Source: Takakia lepidozioides | Lineage: Eukaryota; Plantae; Bryophyta | Length of the DNA: 64,000 nucleotides | NCBI GenBank assembly: GCA_030704615.1 | Contig: CM060732.1 | Location: 72,664,001 to 72,728,000, forward strand | Reading direction: 5' to 3' | In this document: piece by piece, positions 12,801 through 24,800 of the stretch | How positions within the stretch are numbered: position 1 is the stretch's first letter | Layout: the number at the start of each line of letters is the position of its first letter | The notes under the pieces: generated by a model | Databases searched by the model: none | The model's input: only the letters and a program-made list of their open reading frames with translations | Told to the model about the DNA's origin: nothing | Position numbers and translations under genes: made by a program

Positions 12801-15800
12801 CAACAACAATGCACCGGAAGTTGTCATGGACATAGCACATTGGGTTGCTATATGATCCAATAGCAATGCGACAGTTTCGGCGGCCGCCCACCACTGTGTA
12901 GTGCTGGTTCAACATGTCATACAGAGATGACCAGAGTCGCTCCACTCCCTTCAGTAATATGCACCTTTTAAGACAGTACACTTTATCATGAATATGTTTT
13001 TATTGAAGACTGCTTGCAAAGGGAAATGACAGAAAATTTGAAAATTCCCTAAATAATTGGCATTGCTGAGCTTCTCTAAATTTGTACAAGACTTATCACC
13101 TCCTGTCTGTCAAAACAGTTTGTTATCCCTACACAGAAGAGTAGATTTTCATGAGGAAGTAATGAGACTGCAGATAGAGTAAGAAAAGCAGGTGCTGCAT
13201 ATAAAAGCTTTTGAGGCTCTCCCTAACCTGAATGCACTAGCCCGTGGAATCCCTTTGTTAGGACTTCAGAGGTCTGTAGTTACCTATGTCAGTAGTGAAC
13301 TTAGCATATAAATGTTGGCATTAGAACTTCGACCTGCAAAGTCAAAACCTTGATGCCTGATCAACTTCCAAAACCAGCCAATCAATCAGATCAAAAACTT
13401 GTACATAACTTACCGGCCCGCCTCCATGTGAAGAATGATGTTGCTGAGCATCACATAAGCATAGTCGTCATCGCCACAGTCATCCTTGTACTTGCTGCCA
13501 TGAATAACAACAATATTCTCTTGGAATCCAAGAATATTCTCCAAGATTCCAATTGCAGAATGTCCCTGGAGTAAGTCCAAATGCAACCCAGGACAAACAA
13601 GTTGATTAGCAGTGCTGAGCTAGAGTACCAATGCTCAACCTGACGAATTTGATTTTGTTGGCTGGAAAGAAGATTGCCTCCGAAGTTATTGCATCTCAGT
13701 AAAATCTAACACTGAACTCTCCATCAGAGAGGGAAAGCAAAACATTGCCATTTCACAGGCTAACTCGAAGCTCATTTTGTAATTCCTTTCTCCAACGCAA
13801 AGGTGTAGAGTCTTAGTTGCAACATTGCACAACTTAGTTCTCCTTTGGACAGAGATAGCTACGTAACATTTAGCTTTTCAACACACACACAAGTTCAATT
13901 TTTATTGAATGACAATAAATAACCTGTTGCTTCCACCCGGGTCTAAGGACGTTCTTTGAAAAATTAACTACCTGAAGTCATATCGTGGAAGAAACTCGCT
14001 TTTGACACATGGTATTCACAAGGCAACGGTGAACTGGTGGCCTCAACTTGTCCTCACTAACCACTCTCCATGGTTATGTATAGTTCCAGCTATATCTTTT
14101 TACTTAACCATAGTATTGGTGAGAAATTTAAGAGAGCAAACTTACAGTTGTTATGAGCATCAAATGCCGCGCATCTTTGTCATGCAGGTTTGCTCTAACC
14201 AAATCCAATATTGGTGGTGGCCTTTGGAGTAACAACTTCTCACCCAGATTCTCCTTCAGAATCCGAGAGTATGTACCTACATCATCCGGAGAACCTCCAA
14301 AGTTCCGCCAGACAGCTGTTACCAGCTCATGCAGCTGCCAACGCAATGTACTTTTGATCCCACAGAGGGACCTGATAAGAGAATAGAAATCCCGAAGACC
14401 ATGGAAATTAGCCTGCGACTGACATGCCTGATAGGTGTGGTAAGCCCTCGCTAAGGCTTTGAGTTCCTGTCTCAAAATTGTGTGGAAGCCACCTCCTGTA
14501 ATTCCATAGCTTTCTAGTATTGCAAGACTGGTCATGTAAAGGTCATCTTCAGAGGGATCTGGCTGCGAGAGATGGATTGCACGGTTCATTTTTGCAGCAT
14601 CAAGCGACCAGTTGCTTATCCCCACCACTGCCACCTGCTGTGGATCCTCTGGCTCCAACAGTGCATGCAGAACCTGTGTTGAGTTTTGAGCATGTATTGT
14701 TAGTTACTTTCTCAGAGAAACGAAATGAAATGAAATGAAATGAAATGGTGCTTATAACGTCCGCGGAAAGCTCGTAGAGCTTATGGGACAAAATGGAAGA
14801 AAACATGAGAGAGGAACAAATCCAGAAACCACAATTAATGTTCTAGCGATTGTCTAAGGGTGAAGGCCTCTTGTAGGTAGGCTGCCAAGCATTTTTGATC
14901 CTCATAGTGAAAGACATCAGTGAAAGTTTGGGTTCCACTGAATAAACAGTGGAATCTACCACGGATCTCGTAGTATAGAGGGCAGTAGAAGAAGAAGTGT
15001 TCTTCAGTTTCAATTTCCTTGCTGCGCCCTATGCAAGCTGGACATAGGCGGTCCTCCCGTTGCAGGTTTTCCATCTGCCAGTCTCTATCCGTAGGTTGTG
15101 GGAACCCACCCTGAACCGCCCCAATGCCCTCAAGAGGGAAGGAGATAAGGGTGCTGAATAAGGGTGTACGAAGAAACAAATGAAATGGTACTTTATAATG
15201 TCTGCAGAGAGCTCAAAGACCTTATGGGACAAGAGGAAGCAAGAAACAAGAAAAAGAGAGGGGCCACAAGCAGCCCAAAATGAAATGGAATGGAACTTTA
15301 TAACGTCCGCAGAAAGCTCAAAGAGCTCATGGGAAAAAAGAAAAACAAGAAAGAAGAATGAGACAAAACCACGCAAGAGAGAGCCAAAAGGAGCCCAAAG
15401 GCAACTACTGTTCAAGGGATTGCCTAAGGGACAAGGCCTCAAGCAGATAAGCTGCCAAGGATTTCTGATCCTCATAATGGAAGACTTCTGTGAGTTCAAT
15501 TTCCTGGTGGGCTCCAAAAAAGCATCCCTAAAACTAAATTGGACTTCCCAAAGAAGACAAAAAGGAACACTTAAGAAAACGTTGAACAATTCCTGAAGAC
15601 AGAGCACTGTGCAAGTAGGCTGCTTTGTATCCTCACAACTGAGCCTCTGCAAAAGACTGGGATTATGTGAAGAGACAATAAATAGTCAGATTCTAACCTT
15701 TGCGGATGTTTTACTGCAACATCCCCCCTTAATCTGAAGGATATGAGAACCCATTCTTAATGTGCCAAAGGCCTTGAGCACCCCAGAGAGGTGCAAAGGC

Positions 15801-18800
15801 ATGAAAAGAACTGAAATCAAATGGTACTTCATAACGTCCGCAAAAGCTCAAAGAGCTTATGGGACAAAATGGGAAAAAACAAGAGAGAGGAAACAAAACC
15901 AGAGCCAAAAAAAGCCCCAAAGCAACTACTGCTGAAGGGATTGTCTAAGGGTCAGGCCTAGTGCAGGTAAGCTACCAAGCATTTCTGATCCTCATAGTGG
16001 AAGACTTCAGTGAGAGATTGAGTTCCGCGGAATAGACAGTGGAGTCTCCCACAGATCTTATAATAGAGAGGGCAAAAAAAAAAGAAGTGTTCTTCAGTTT
16101 CAATTTCCTGGTTGCGCCCGGTGCAAGCTGGGCATAGGCGGTCCTCCTGTTGCAGGTTTTCCCATCTGCCAGTCTCTATCCGTAGATTGTGGGAGCCCAC
16201 CCTGAACCGCCCCAATGCCCTCAGGAGGGAAGGAAAGGCGCCGCAAGGTAATTGGGCCGCAAGATTCTATCATCACGGAGAATCAAGAGTGTCTCTCGAT
16301 AGAAATGGAGTTTTGTTGTGAGAAAGAGACTTAGAAGATCTGGGAAAGTTCAAAGAGCTTATGGGGTGCTTGTGGGACAAAAGAAAGCAGGACACAAGAA
16401 AGAGAGTAGGGCCCTAAACAAGCAGCCCAAAAACAACTATCCATCAAGGGAGTCTATAAGATGAAACACCTCATGCAGATATGCTGCAAAGCAGCTCTTT
16501 CTACTCGTGTCCCTTGGCCCTTTCCCTCCCTTCCACTACGAGGAATGAAAGGATACTTTCTAAAAACAAAAAATAAACTTTACAACGTCAAAGGGAAGCT
16601 GAAAGAGCTGTCAGGACGAAGGAAAACAGAAGCATCAAACAAAGCCGTGGGGACCACAACAAACAGCCGCCACAAACAGAAACCACAACTCAACTTCAAG
16701 AGATTCACTAAGCATCTCTGATCCTTGTAATGGAACACATCTATCAGGGAGGGCCTTCTCTAAAATGGTAAACAGAGTGGCCCCAGATTTGATATTAGAG
16801 AGGATAGTGAAACAAGAAATGTTCTTCAGTCTCAATCTCCATCTGTGCAGGACAAAGGTGTTCCGCATGCTGCAGCTTATCCCATCTGCCAGTCTCCATC
16901 CTAAGGGAGGGGCTATCTCTAAAATGGAAAACATGGTGGCCCCAGATTTCATATTAGAGAGGATAGAGAAAGAAGAAATGCTGTTCAGTCTCAATCTCCA
17001 GCCTGTGCAGGACAAGGTGCGGCATGCTTCAGATTATCCCATCTGCCAGTCTCCATCCTCAGGCTATCTGAGCCCACCCTGACTCGTCCATATGTCCAAG
17101 AGAAGAGAGGGAGAGACAGAGGTGCAAACAAGTAATTGGGCTGTAAGAATTTATGCTCGCAAAGGATGAGGAAGGTATCCCTACATAACTGTAAAGGGAA
17201 GGGAAGCGACTTCAAATTCTTCTGCAGGGAAGCCACTACACTTCAGGTCCTCCTAAATGCTTCTACTATGCTGGAGAAATGCTACAAGACACGGGTGACA
17301 GTCTCTGTAATGCTTTCAAAGAGCTACACACAAGTAGCACTTCCTATCTCTGGAAGTGATGCAGACATTATTGGCAGTCCCTCAGACTATGTACCTTGAG
17401 AGGGTTATGGCTTGATATTTCAGCAAGGCCAACTTCATCAAGTACCACCACCACCAACACGTCCCGATCACGGTTGTCATATACACAGCGATTGGCTTTT
17501 TCAAACACCTGCAATAACATAACCCAAAGCAATTTCCCATTTGAAAAACTACACATCCCACTCCCTAGAGAAACGGCATAACATCCACGGGGCCACAAGG
17601 GCCAATAGATGGCAAAAAAATATGAAACCAAAAATGAAATGGAAATGACCTGAAATGGTACTTTATAACATCTGCGAGAAGCTCAAGGAGCTCATGGGGC
17701 AAGAAGAAGGATGCATTCTCTTAAATTTGAAGTGTGGGGGTCATGCGAACCCAGGATTGAACCCAGGATCTGACTGGCGCACAAATGAAATGAAGTGGTA
17801 CTTCATAATGTCCGCCGGAAGCACAAAGAAATGAAGTGAAGTGAAATGAAATGAAATGGAATGGAACTTTATAACGTCCGCAGAAAGCTCAAAGAGCTTA
17901 TGGGACACAAGGAAAACAAAGAAACAAGAAAGAGAAATGTAGATAAGCTGCCAAGCATTTCTGATCCCGTATGGAACACTTCTGTGAGGTTGGGTTTTGC
18001 AGGACAGACGGTTGAACCTCCACGGATCTCATAGTAAAGGGGCAGGAAAAGAAGAAGTGTTTCAGTATCGATACACCGGGTGGGCCCGGTGCATGCTGGG
18101 CATATTGGGTCTTCTTGCTGCAGGTTTTCCCACCTACCAGTCTCTATCCGTAAATTTCTCTCCCTGTCCTCTAGGAAGCCTATTGACATTGGGTGGACTT
18201 GAAACGGGAGTACATTAATGTCTCTGACTAAATGCCGGCCTTGTGACCTCGTGTTCTTGTTTGTTTCGACCTGAAGCGCTTTGCTTCAGGTAAGGTAGTG
18301 CATTGGATTTAGTTGGAAAGCTTGGGGCCTTTCCCTCTTTAGAATATGCCTACACGGGCCATTCCCTGCAACTCCCTGGAGTGTGATCTCTGAATGGTAA
18401 CAAGCGGACTCCTACCGCTTGGGGGCAGCCCCTCCGCCCAAATTGGGGAGTCGTATGCTCTGTCTAGCATACTCGGCACTTGGGCTCGGGTTGGTTCCTG
18501 TGCTTAAACTTATGGCCTGCGAAAACAATCAAAAATTTAGCTCCTATCAACATCAACACTCCTCAGGGTGATCCCTGGGAATTGGTTGCTTATGCCAAAT
18601 CTAGGGCTTCATGTGTAGTTTTTGGGGTGAATCCCAGGATGGACGATGTGTCCTTTAAAACTACATGCTCTAGCTTAGGCTTGGATTTCATGGCTAATGG
18701 TACCATCTCGAGACTTGATAACAGGGGTACGTTGAAGGTTGCAATGACCAAAAGTGCTTCTAATAGAGTCCCGCATTAATTCAATCTCAAAGAAGTTCAT

Positions 18801-21800
18801 CCCTTGACTGGCTGGAGAGTGGTCTTAGACATTGGTGATTCAATGGGGCGCTCTAGGAAGACAACCAAGGGCAACGACTTCAACTTGAGAGTTTCTAATC
18901 GGTTTGATGCTCTGGATGAGGTTGAATCCAAACAGCCAGAAGGACAAGATGCCCCTAAGTGTACGGAACCTGAACGTCCTGAATCTGAAGGATTTGGTAC
19001 TCTGAATGGTTTACCAATCCCAGGTTTACACAAGACAAACAAATTCTATACACGGGGTAATTGTCCCCAAGCCGTCAGATGGCAATCTGTCCCTAAGGAA
19101 CGTCGTGTAACTGAAGGATTTGGTACTCTAAATGGTTTACCAATCCTCAAAGTCTACACAAGACGAGCAAAATCTATACACGGGGTAATTGTCCCCAAGC
19201 AGTCTGACGGACAATCTGCCCCTATGTGTGCGGAGCCTGTGCGTCGTGTAACTGAAAGATTTGGTATCCTGAATGATTTACCACTTCTCAAAGTTTACAC
19301 AAGACGAGCAAAATCTACACATGGGGTAACTGTCCCCCTTTGCAGAACGGTTGGCCGTCCAGGAGCAATCACAAGCTACCTAGACGACAAACAATTCACA
19401 CGCAAAGGGCTGGCTTGCGGCTGGCCACTTTCAACTTCTCAGGGTTGACCAACCAAAGGAAACAACTTGAAGTGGGACAAGTTCTTCGGACTAATGATAT
19501 TCATATCTGTGCTGGGCAAGAAACATGGGAAACGTCGGATAAACTGGTTGGAGATGTCATTGGTTATAAATGGGCAGGTAAGATGTGTACTCTCAAGGCA
19601 GCCTCTGCCAAACGCGGTCAAAAAGGGGTCGGATTCTTTGTCCGTGATTTCTTGTTTGACAATTGTGAAATTATCAACAAGGGTTTGAGGTACGAGCATA
19701 GTATCTGGCTAAAACTGAATTTGAAGGGCGGCATGAGTACAAAGGACCTCTTTGTTGGTTGTGTTTACATGCCCACAGAGGGGACCCTTAGTGCTGACGC
19801 AGACAAGGCCTTCGAAGATGTAAAGCTGGACTGTGCTTCGTTCCTTGCCAAAGGTCAGGTGGTACTATTGGGGGACTTCAATGCCCGGGTGGGCAAAGGG
19901 ATCCATCAGGACGATATCATTGGACCTTTTGGTGAGGACGAGCTGAATTCTAATGGCAGACGGTTAATTAACTGTCTAGAAGAGCTTCAGCTTTTGACCT
20001 TGAATAACAGGACAAGAGGTGACCAAGTGCAGTGGACTCGTGAGAAATCCCAAACTGGGGAACGTTCCATTGTGGACTATATCATAATGGACAAAATTTT
20101 GTTCCCCCAGTGTGCCAATGTGTTGATCGACAGAACTGATATTGGTACCTCTGACCACTTCCTGGTTTGGACTGAGATCAAAAGGTGTTTTCCCACCACC
20201 AAGAGATCTGTGAAACGTTCGATTCGGAAGTGGCGCATAGAAAAATTCCACAATGAGGAGGTCAAGGCTGAGTACGTCCAGGCCTTGCAAGAGGCTCTCC
20301 CTCATTTTGTCCAATCGCTCCAAGAACTTCAGTCACGCTCTGTTAACGCAAGAAATGAAGTCGAAAGAGCAGTGGACTCTTGGGAGAGTTTCGTTTCCTC
20401 CGTGGCTGACAAGATCATTGGGAGGAAACTAATTGTCTGCGGTAGAGCAGTTAATTGGTGGACTAATGAGATTAAACTCAAGATAGCTGAGAGACGAGCC
20501 CTCTATAAAGAGTGCTGCAATTTGGAAACCAACAGCGAATTGTGGGCGAGGTACTACCAGCTCCGTAAAGATATCAATCAGCTTGTTAGGTCTCAGAAGA
20601 AATTATACTGGGACAAGTTATACAGTGAAATAAACTCAAACCACCATGGTGGTAATGACAAGAAATTCTGGTTGGCCCTTCAACGTTTGTACAAGCCGAA
20701 AAACGGTCAGCAAGTACAAGCGCTGAAGACTACTAAAGGTGCAGTGGTGACTTCATCGGTTGACATTGTCAAAACCTTTGAAACTCACTACAGTATCCTT
20801 GGCAGAACTTCTAGGTCTAACAGTGAGGGGTCTTCTGCTGAATGGAGGGACACAGTTGGAAAAACTGTTCCTATGATTCAAAACAGCCCTGATGAACTGG
20901 AGTATATTTCAATGGCTTATAATGCTCCCATTAGTTCTTCTGAGATTGTGGAAGCAATTGAACATTTAAATGGATATAAAGCTGGTGGACCTGATGGTAT
21001 TGTCAACGAGCTTATCAAGCATGGTGGCGATCCCATGATAGAGGCCCTAGTTCTCCTCTTTAACCTTATCTGGAAGACTGAAATGATCCCCTTTCGCTGG
21101 CGACAGGGGGTCATTGTCAATCTATACAAGAAGGGTGACAGAGAAGAACCGGGGAACTACCGTGGCATCACGCTCCTCAATGCTGTTGGCAAGACATTCT
21201 GCAGAGTTATAAGTACTCGTCTCGAGGTTGATCTGGAGTCTAGAGGTTGTTTCCACGAAGGCCAAGCTGGCTTTCGGCGAAACAGGGGCTGTGTGGATCA
21301 TATCTTCACTCTAAGCCAGATTATCCAGGGAAGGAAAAAAGAATGGAAACCCACTTATGTCTTTTTCCTGGATGTCAAAAAGGCTTATGACACAGTGTGG
21401 AGAGATGGCCTATGGTTCCGCCTCTGGTCTTGTGGGATCAAGGGAAAGATGTGGAGAGTTGTCCACAACTTGTATGCTCACACCAAAAGCTGTGTCACTG
21501 TTAAAAGACAGAAGTCCAACTTCTTTGACATAGACCAAGGTGTAGCTCAAGGATGTATTCTCTCCCCTCTGCTCTTCAATGTTTTCATCAATCAACTCCT
21601 CGAGGATGTGAGTGAGGGATTTGGGTTAAGGGTGGGTGATACCACCATACCAGCCCTTATGTTTGCGGATGACTTCGCAGGCATAGGGGAGACTCCAACC
21701 AATCTCCAGGAGTTGATTGATTGCGCGAAGAGATACTTTGATCTTTGGGGGCTAGAGGCTAATGTCAGCAAATGTGCAGTGGTAGCATTCAACGACAGAG

Positions 21801-24800
21801 GAGAGGGAGGAAGTGATCTTAAGTGGCAGTGGGGTAGCCAAGAGATCCCGGTCCTCCCTTCCTACACTTACCTGGGCGTTGAGTTTTCCTCCAATTGTAA
21901 TTGGGATGCACATATCCGGAAAGTTGTTCAAACTGGCAAGGGCAAAGCTCTGGGGCTCACTAAATTTTTCCACTGCAGAGGGGTCAACTCTGAGGTTAAG
22001 AAAACCATGCTTTGTCGCGTTATTAGACCTGCCTTGGAGTACGGATCTGCTATATGTGTTTTTAAGTCCAACCAGGCTAAGTCTCTAGAATCCATTCAAG
22101 TGGGGGTGCTTAAGGAGTGTATGTCAGCATGCTCCAAAACAGCCAATGTGGCTGTTCGGGGTGAGTTTGGCATTCCGTCCTTAAGCTCCCGACGAGATGA
22201 ATTCAAGGTCAGATGGTGGGGTCAGCTGCAACATATGCCCAACACCAGATATCCTAAGTTAAACGACTCTATATCTTGGAAACAGGACCGCCCTGTCAAA
22301 GAGGCTAAGTCCTGGCAGAAGAGAGTAGAAGAGATCCTCAAGGACCTGGACCTGGATCCGCAAGTCTTGACCCTGCTGGATAAATCTGATTTAGAGGCTG
22401 TAGTGTCCTCAGCCATTTCTGTTGCCATGAGATTGTCTGATGAAAATGAAGTTAGGCAGAAAACTTCCCTGAACTTGTTTCCAGTCTGTGACATGGGGGA
22501 GGACATCTTGGATGACCTCAAGGGTCTACCCACTCTCGGCACTAGACTGAAATTTAAACTCAGGGAGGAAGCCTACCTTTGAACAGCAAACAGAAGCAGA
22601 GAGGAAAGGGAGAGTGCAATTGCCCATTGTGTGGGCAATCTGAAGACAGTATTCATTTTCTGATACACTGTCCGGGGTTCTCTCACCAAAGAGACGCTCT
22701 CTTCAAATCTATTAAGGGTATTGTGCCTGTACCCCTGTTTACCAACTTTGAAAGTCTCGAGGCTGAGCCAAAAGCCCAGGCCCTCCTGAGGCCTATTTTT
22801 TGGGCAAATCACACACAGCAGATTGATGTTTGTGTGAAGGGATTTCTAGAGGATATCTGGAAAACCCGGATTAATTCTATATATGGAGGTAAGTCTTACT
22901 ACCAACGTCAGCCCCTGACAGAGGTAGGTTCTGTCCCTTTTGTTCCCGCTCAAACTGGGCGCGGGGTCAATGGCCACAAGGCTACGGCAAACAACGTCTT
23001 ATGAGTACAATCTATCCATAAATTGTGGGAGCCCACCCTGAACCTCCCCAAAGCCCTCAGAAGAGAGGGAGATAAAGGTGCAGATAGGTTATTAGGCCGC
23101 AAGATTCTATTATCACAGAGAACTAAGAATGTCTGTCGATAGAAATGGAGTTTTGTTGTAAGAGTGGCTGACTACCATGTTCGCCTAACATGAAGTTCCA
23201 TAAGTTCTCTTCTGATGAGTCTGTTGCGATCCTGTTTGGTCGTGATTTCCACACCTTCCGTATTTTGTGCCCATAGGGAAGCAACAGAGTTCATTGTGCT
23301 CTTAAAAAAAAAAAGAGATGAAATGAAATGGTGCTTTATAACGTCCGCGGAAAGCTCATAGAGCTTATCGGACAAAATGGAAAGAAAAACATGAGAGAAA
23401 ACAGGAAACCAGAGTCAGAGATAAGAACTATTGTGCGAGTGAAAAGAAACAAAGAATTATATATTGTCCAAGAGAGTCTCCAGAGGCCCTGGGACAGTGT
23501 AGAACAAACCAAGAACTACTCCAGGGTACATCAGTTGTTGCCCTAAGCAGTTAAGCCACGAGGGACTTCACATTTCCAAAGTTGAAAGTATCCGCTAAGG
23601 ATTGGGAATCTCTAATAAGCTAGTAATATCTCCTGCGGATCTCTTAGTATGAGTTACAGGAGAAGAAATAGTGGTGCTCTGTTTCCACTTCCTGCGACGT
23701 GCAGACCAGACAGACTGATATACCAATCTTAAGCTGAAAGTTTGAGATCGCAAGTCTACCTACCACATACTAGTTCCTGTTTGTAAAATCCATAAACTGT
23801 GGACCTGTCGTATATATTACCTTGAGAATGCCTTCTGAAGTGGAACTCTCAGAGCCCTGATAAGAGAGCATGTACATCCTTGGTAATTGTTGGAAATAGG
23901 AATCCCTTGATTCCGAGCCTCTCAAATTGCTGCACAATGATAACTGAATCAGCATAAGCCCAAAAATCTAGAGTCTGAACCTCCAATTACTTTCAAGTTA
24001 TTGAACAAGATGGCATTAACCTGTAAATGAGCTGAAGCGCAAGGGTCTTGCCAGATCCAGGCTTCCCGACCACAAATACAGGGATGTAATTCAACATACA
24101 GACAAGCGTAACAAATATGTTCTCCAGCAGTGCTTTGTTCTTGGCTATTCCTGCTGGGATCTCCATGCGGTTCAGCAGGTCCATCTGTTCTCTTCTCAGC
24201 ATCTCACCATACATACGTCCATCGAAGTTCCTGTGACTTGATGCAAAAGACAAGCTTGTTACATAATAGCAGTATCTTACATCTGACAAAAAATACTGGA
24301 GTCTGTGATTTATGGTATTCCACAAAATTTTGCAAGAGCTTCAAGAATTGACTGGAGCAGTCACATCACAGCTCACAGGGGGAAAACTGTGAGTGAAAGA
24401 CCTGGAAATCAGGACATGTACTTTTACTTGGGCTGGAAATTCAAACATTATCAACTAGAAAGACCTCATTCCCAACACATGTACAAAAGAGGGTCTAGTG
24501 ACATCATGTTCCATCTTACCCGTTCTTGATGGGTTTTTCAGCAGTGATGACAGCAGCAAAGGTGTTCCGATACCGTTGTCTCTCTTCCTCAGATGCCAGA
24601 CGAGAATGGTAGCAGTGAGAAAAGGCCAAGACGGCTGCCCTCCTGGTTTTCTGGCCTTGGGAAACCTTTGACTTCTTCTCACCTAGCAGGGGCCTCTTTT
24701 CTATGTCGGCAAGAAACCATCGATACAACAAGATGCAGCGACTTACATCTCGCAAGCTGACACTCGCCTCCCCTTGACATTGCCTCACAAACAATTGAGA

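Larger units (their letters stand above)
18157..23010 (+). mobile_element. LINE-B: near-full-length non-LTR retrotransposon (APE-RT-CCHC, RTE-X-like), 4,854 bp
   Basis: 14-bp TSD TCTATCC(G/A)TAAATT at 18143-18156 and 23011-23024; degenerate ORF1 region 18480-19448 (VSNRFDAL); ORF2; no poly(A), only 6 nt after the stop codon. Confidence 0.93.
17830..23300 (-). mobile_element. LINE-A copy split by the full-length LINE-B (pieces 17830-18156 and 23011-23300)
   Basis: ccagtctctatccgtaaatt | LINE-B | tctatccataaattgtgggagcccaccctgaacc; removing LINE-B restores [16 protein letters not shown]. Confidence 0.88.
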
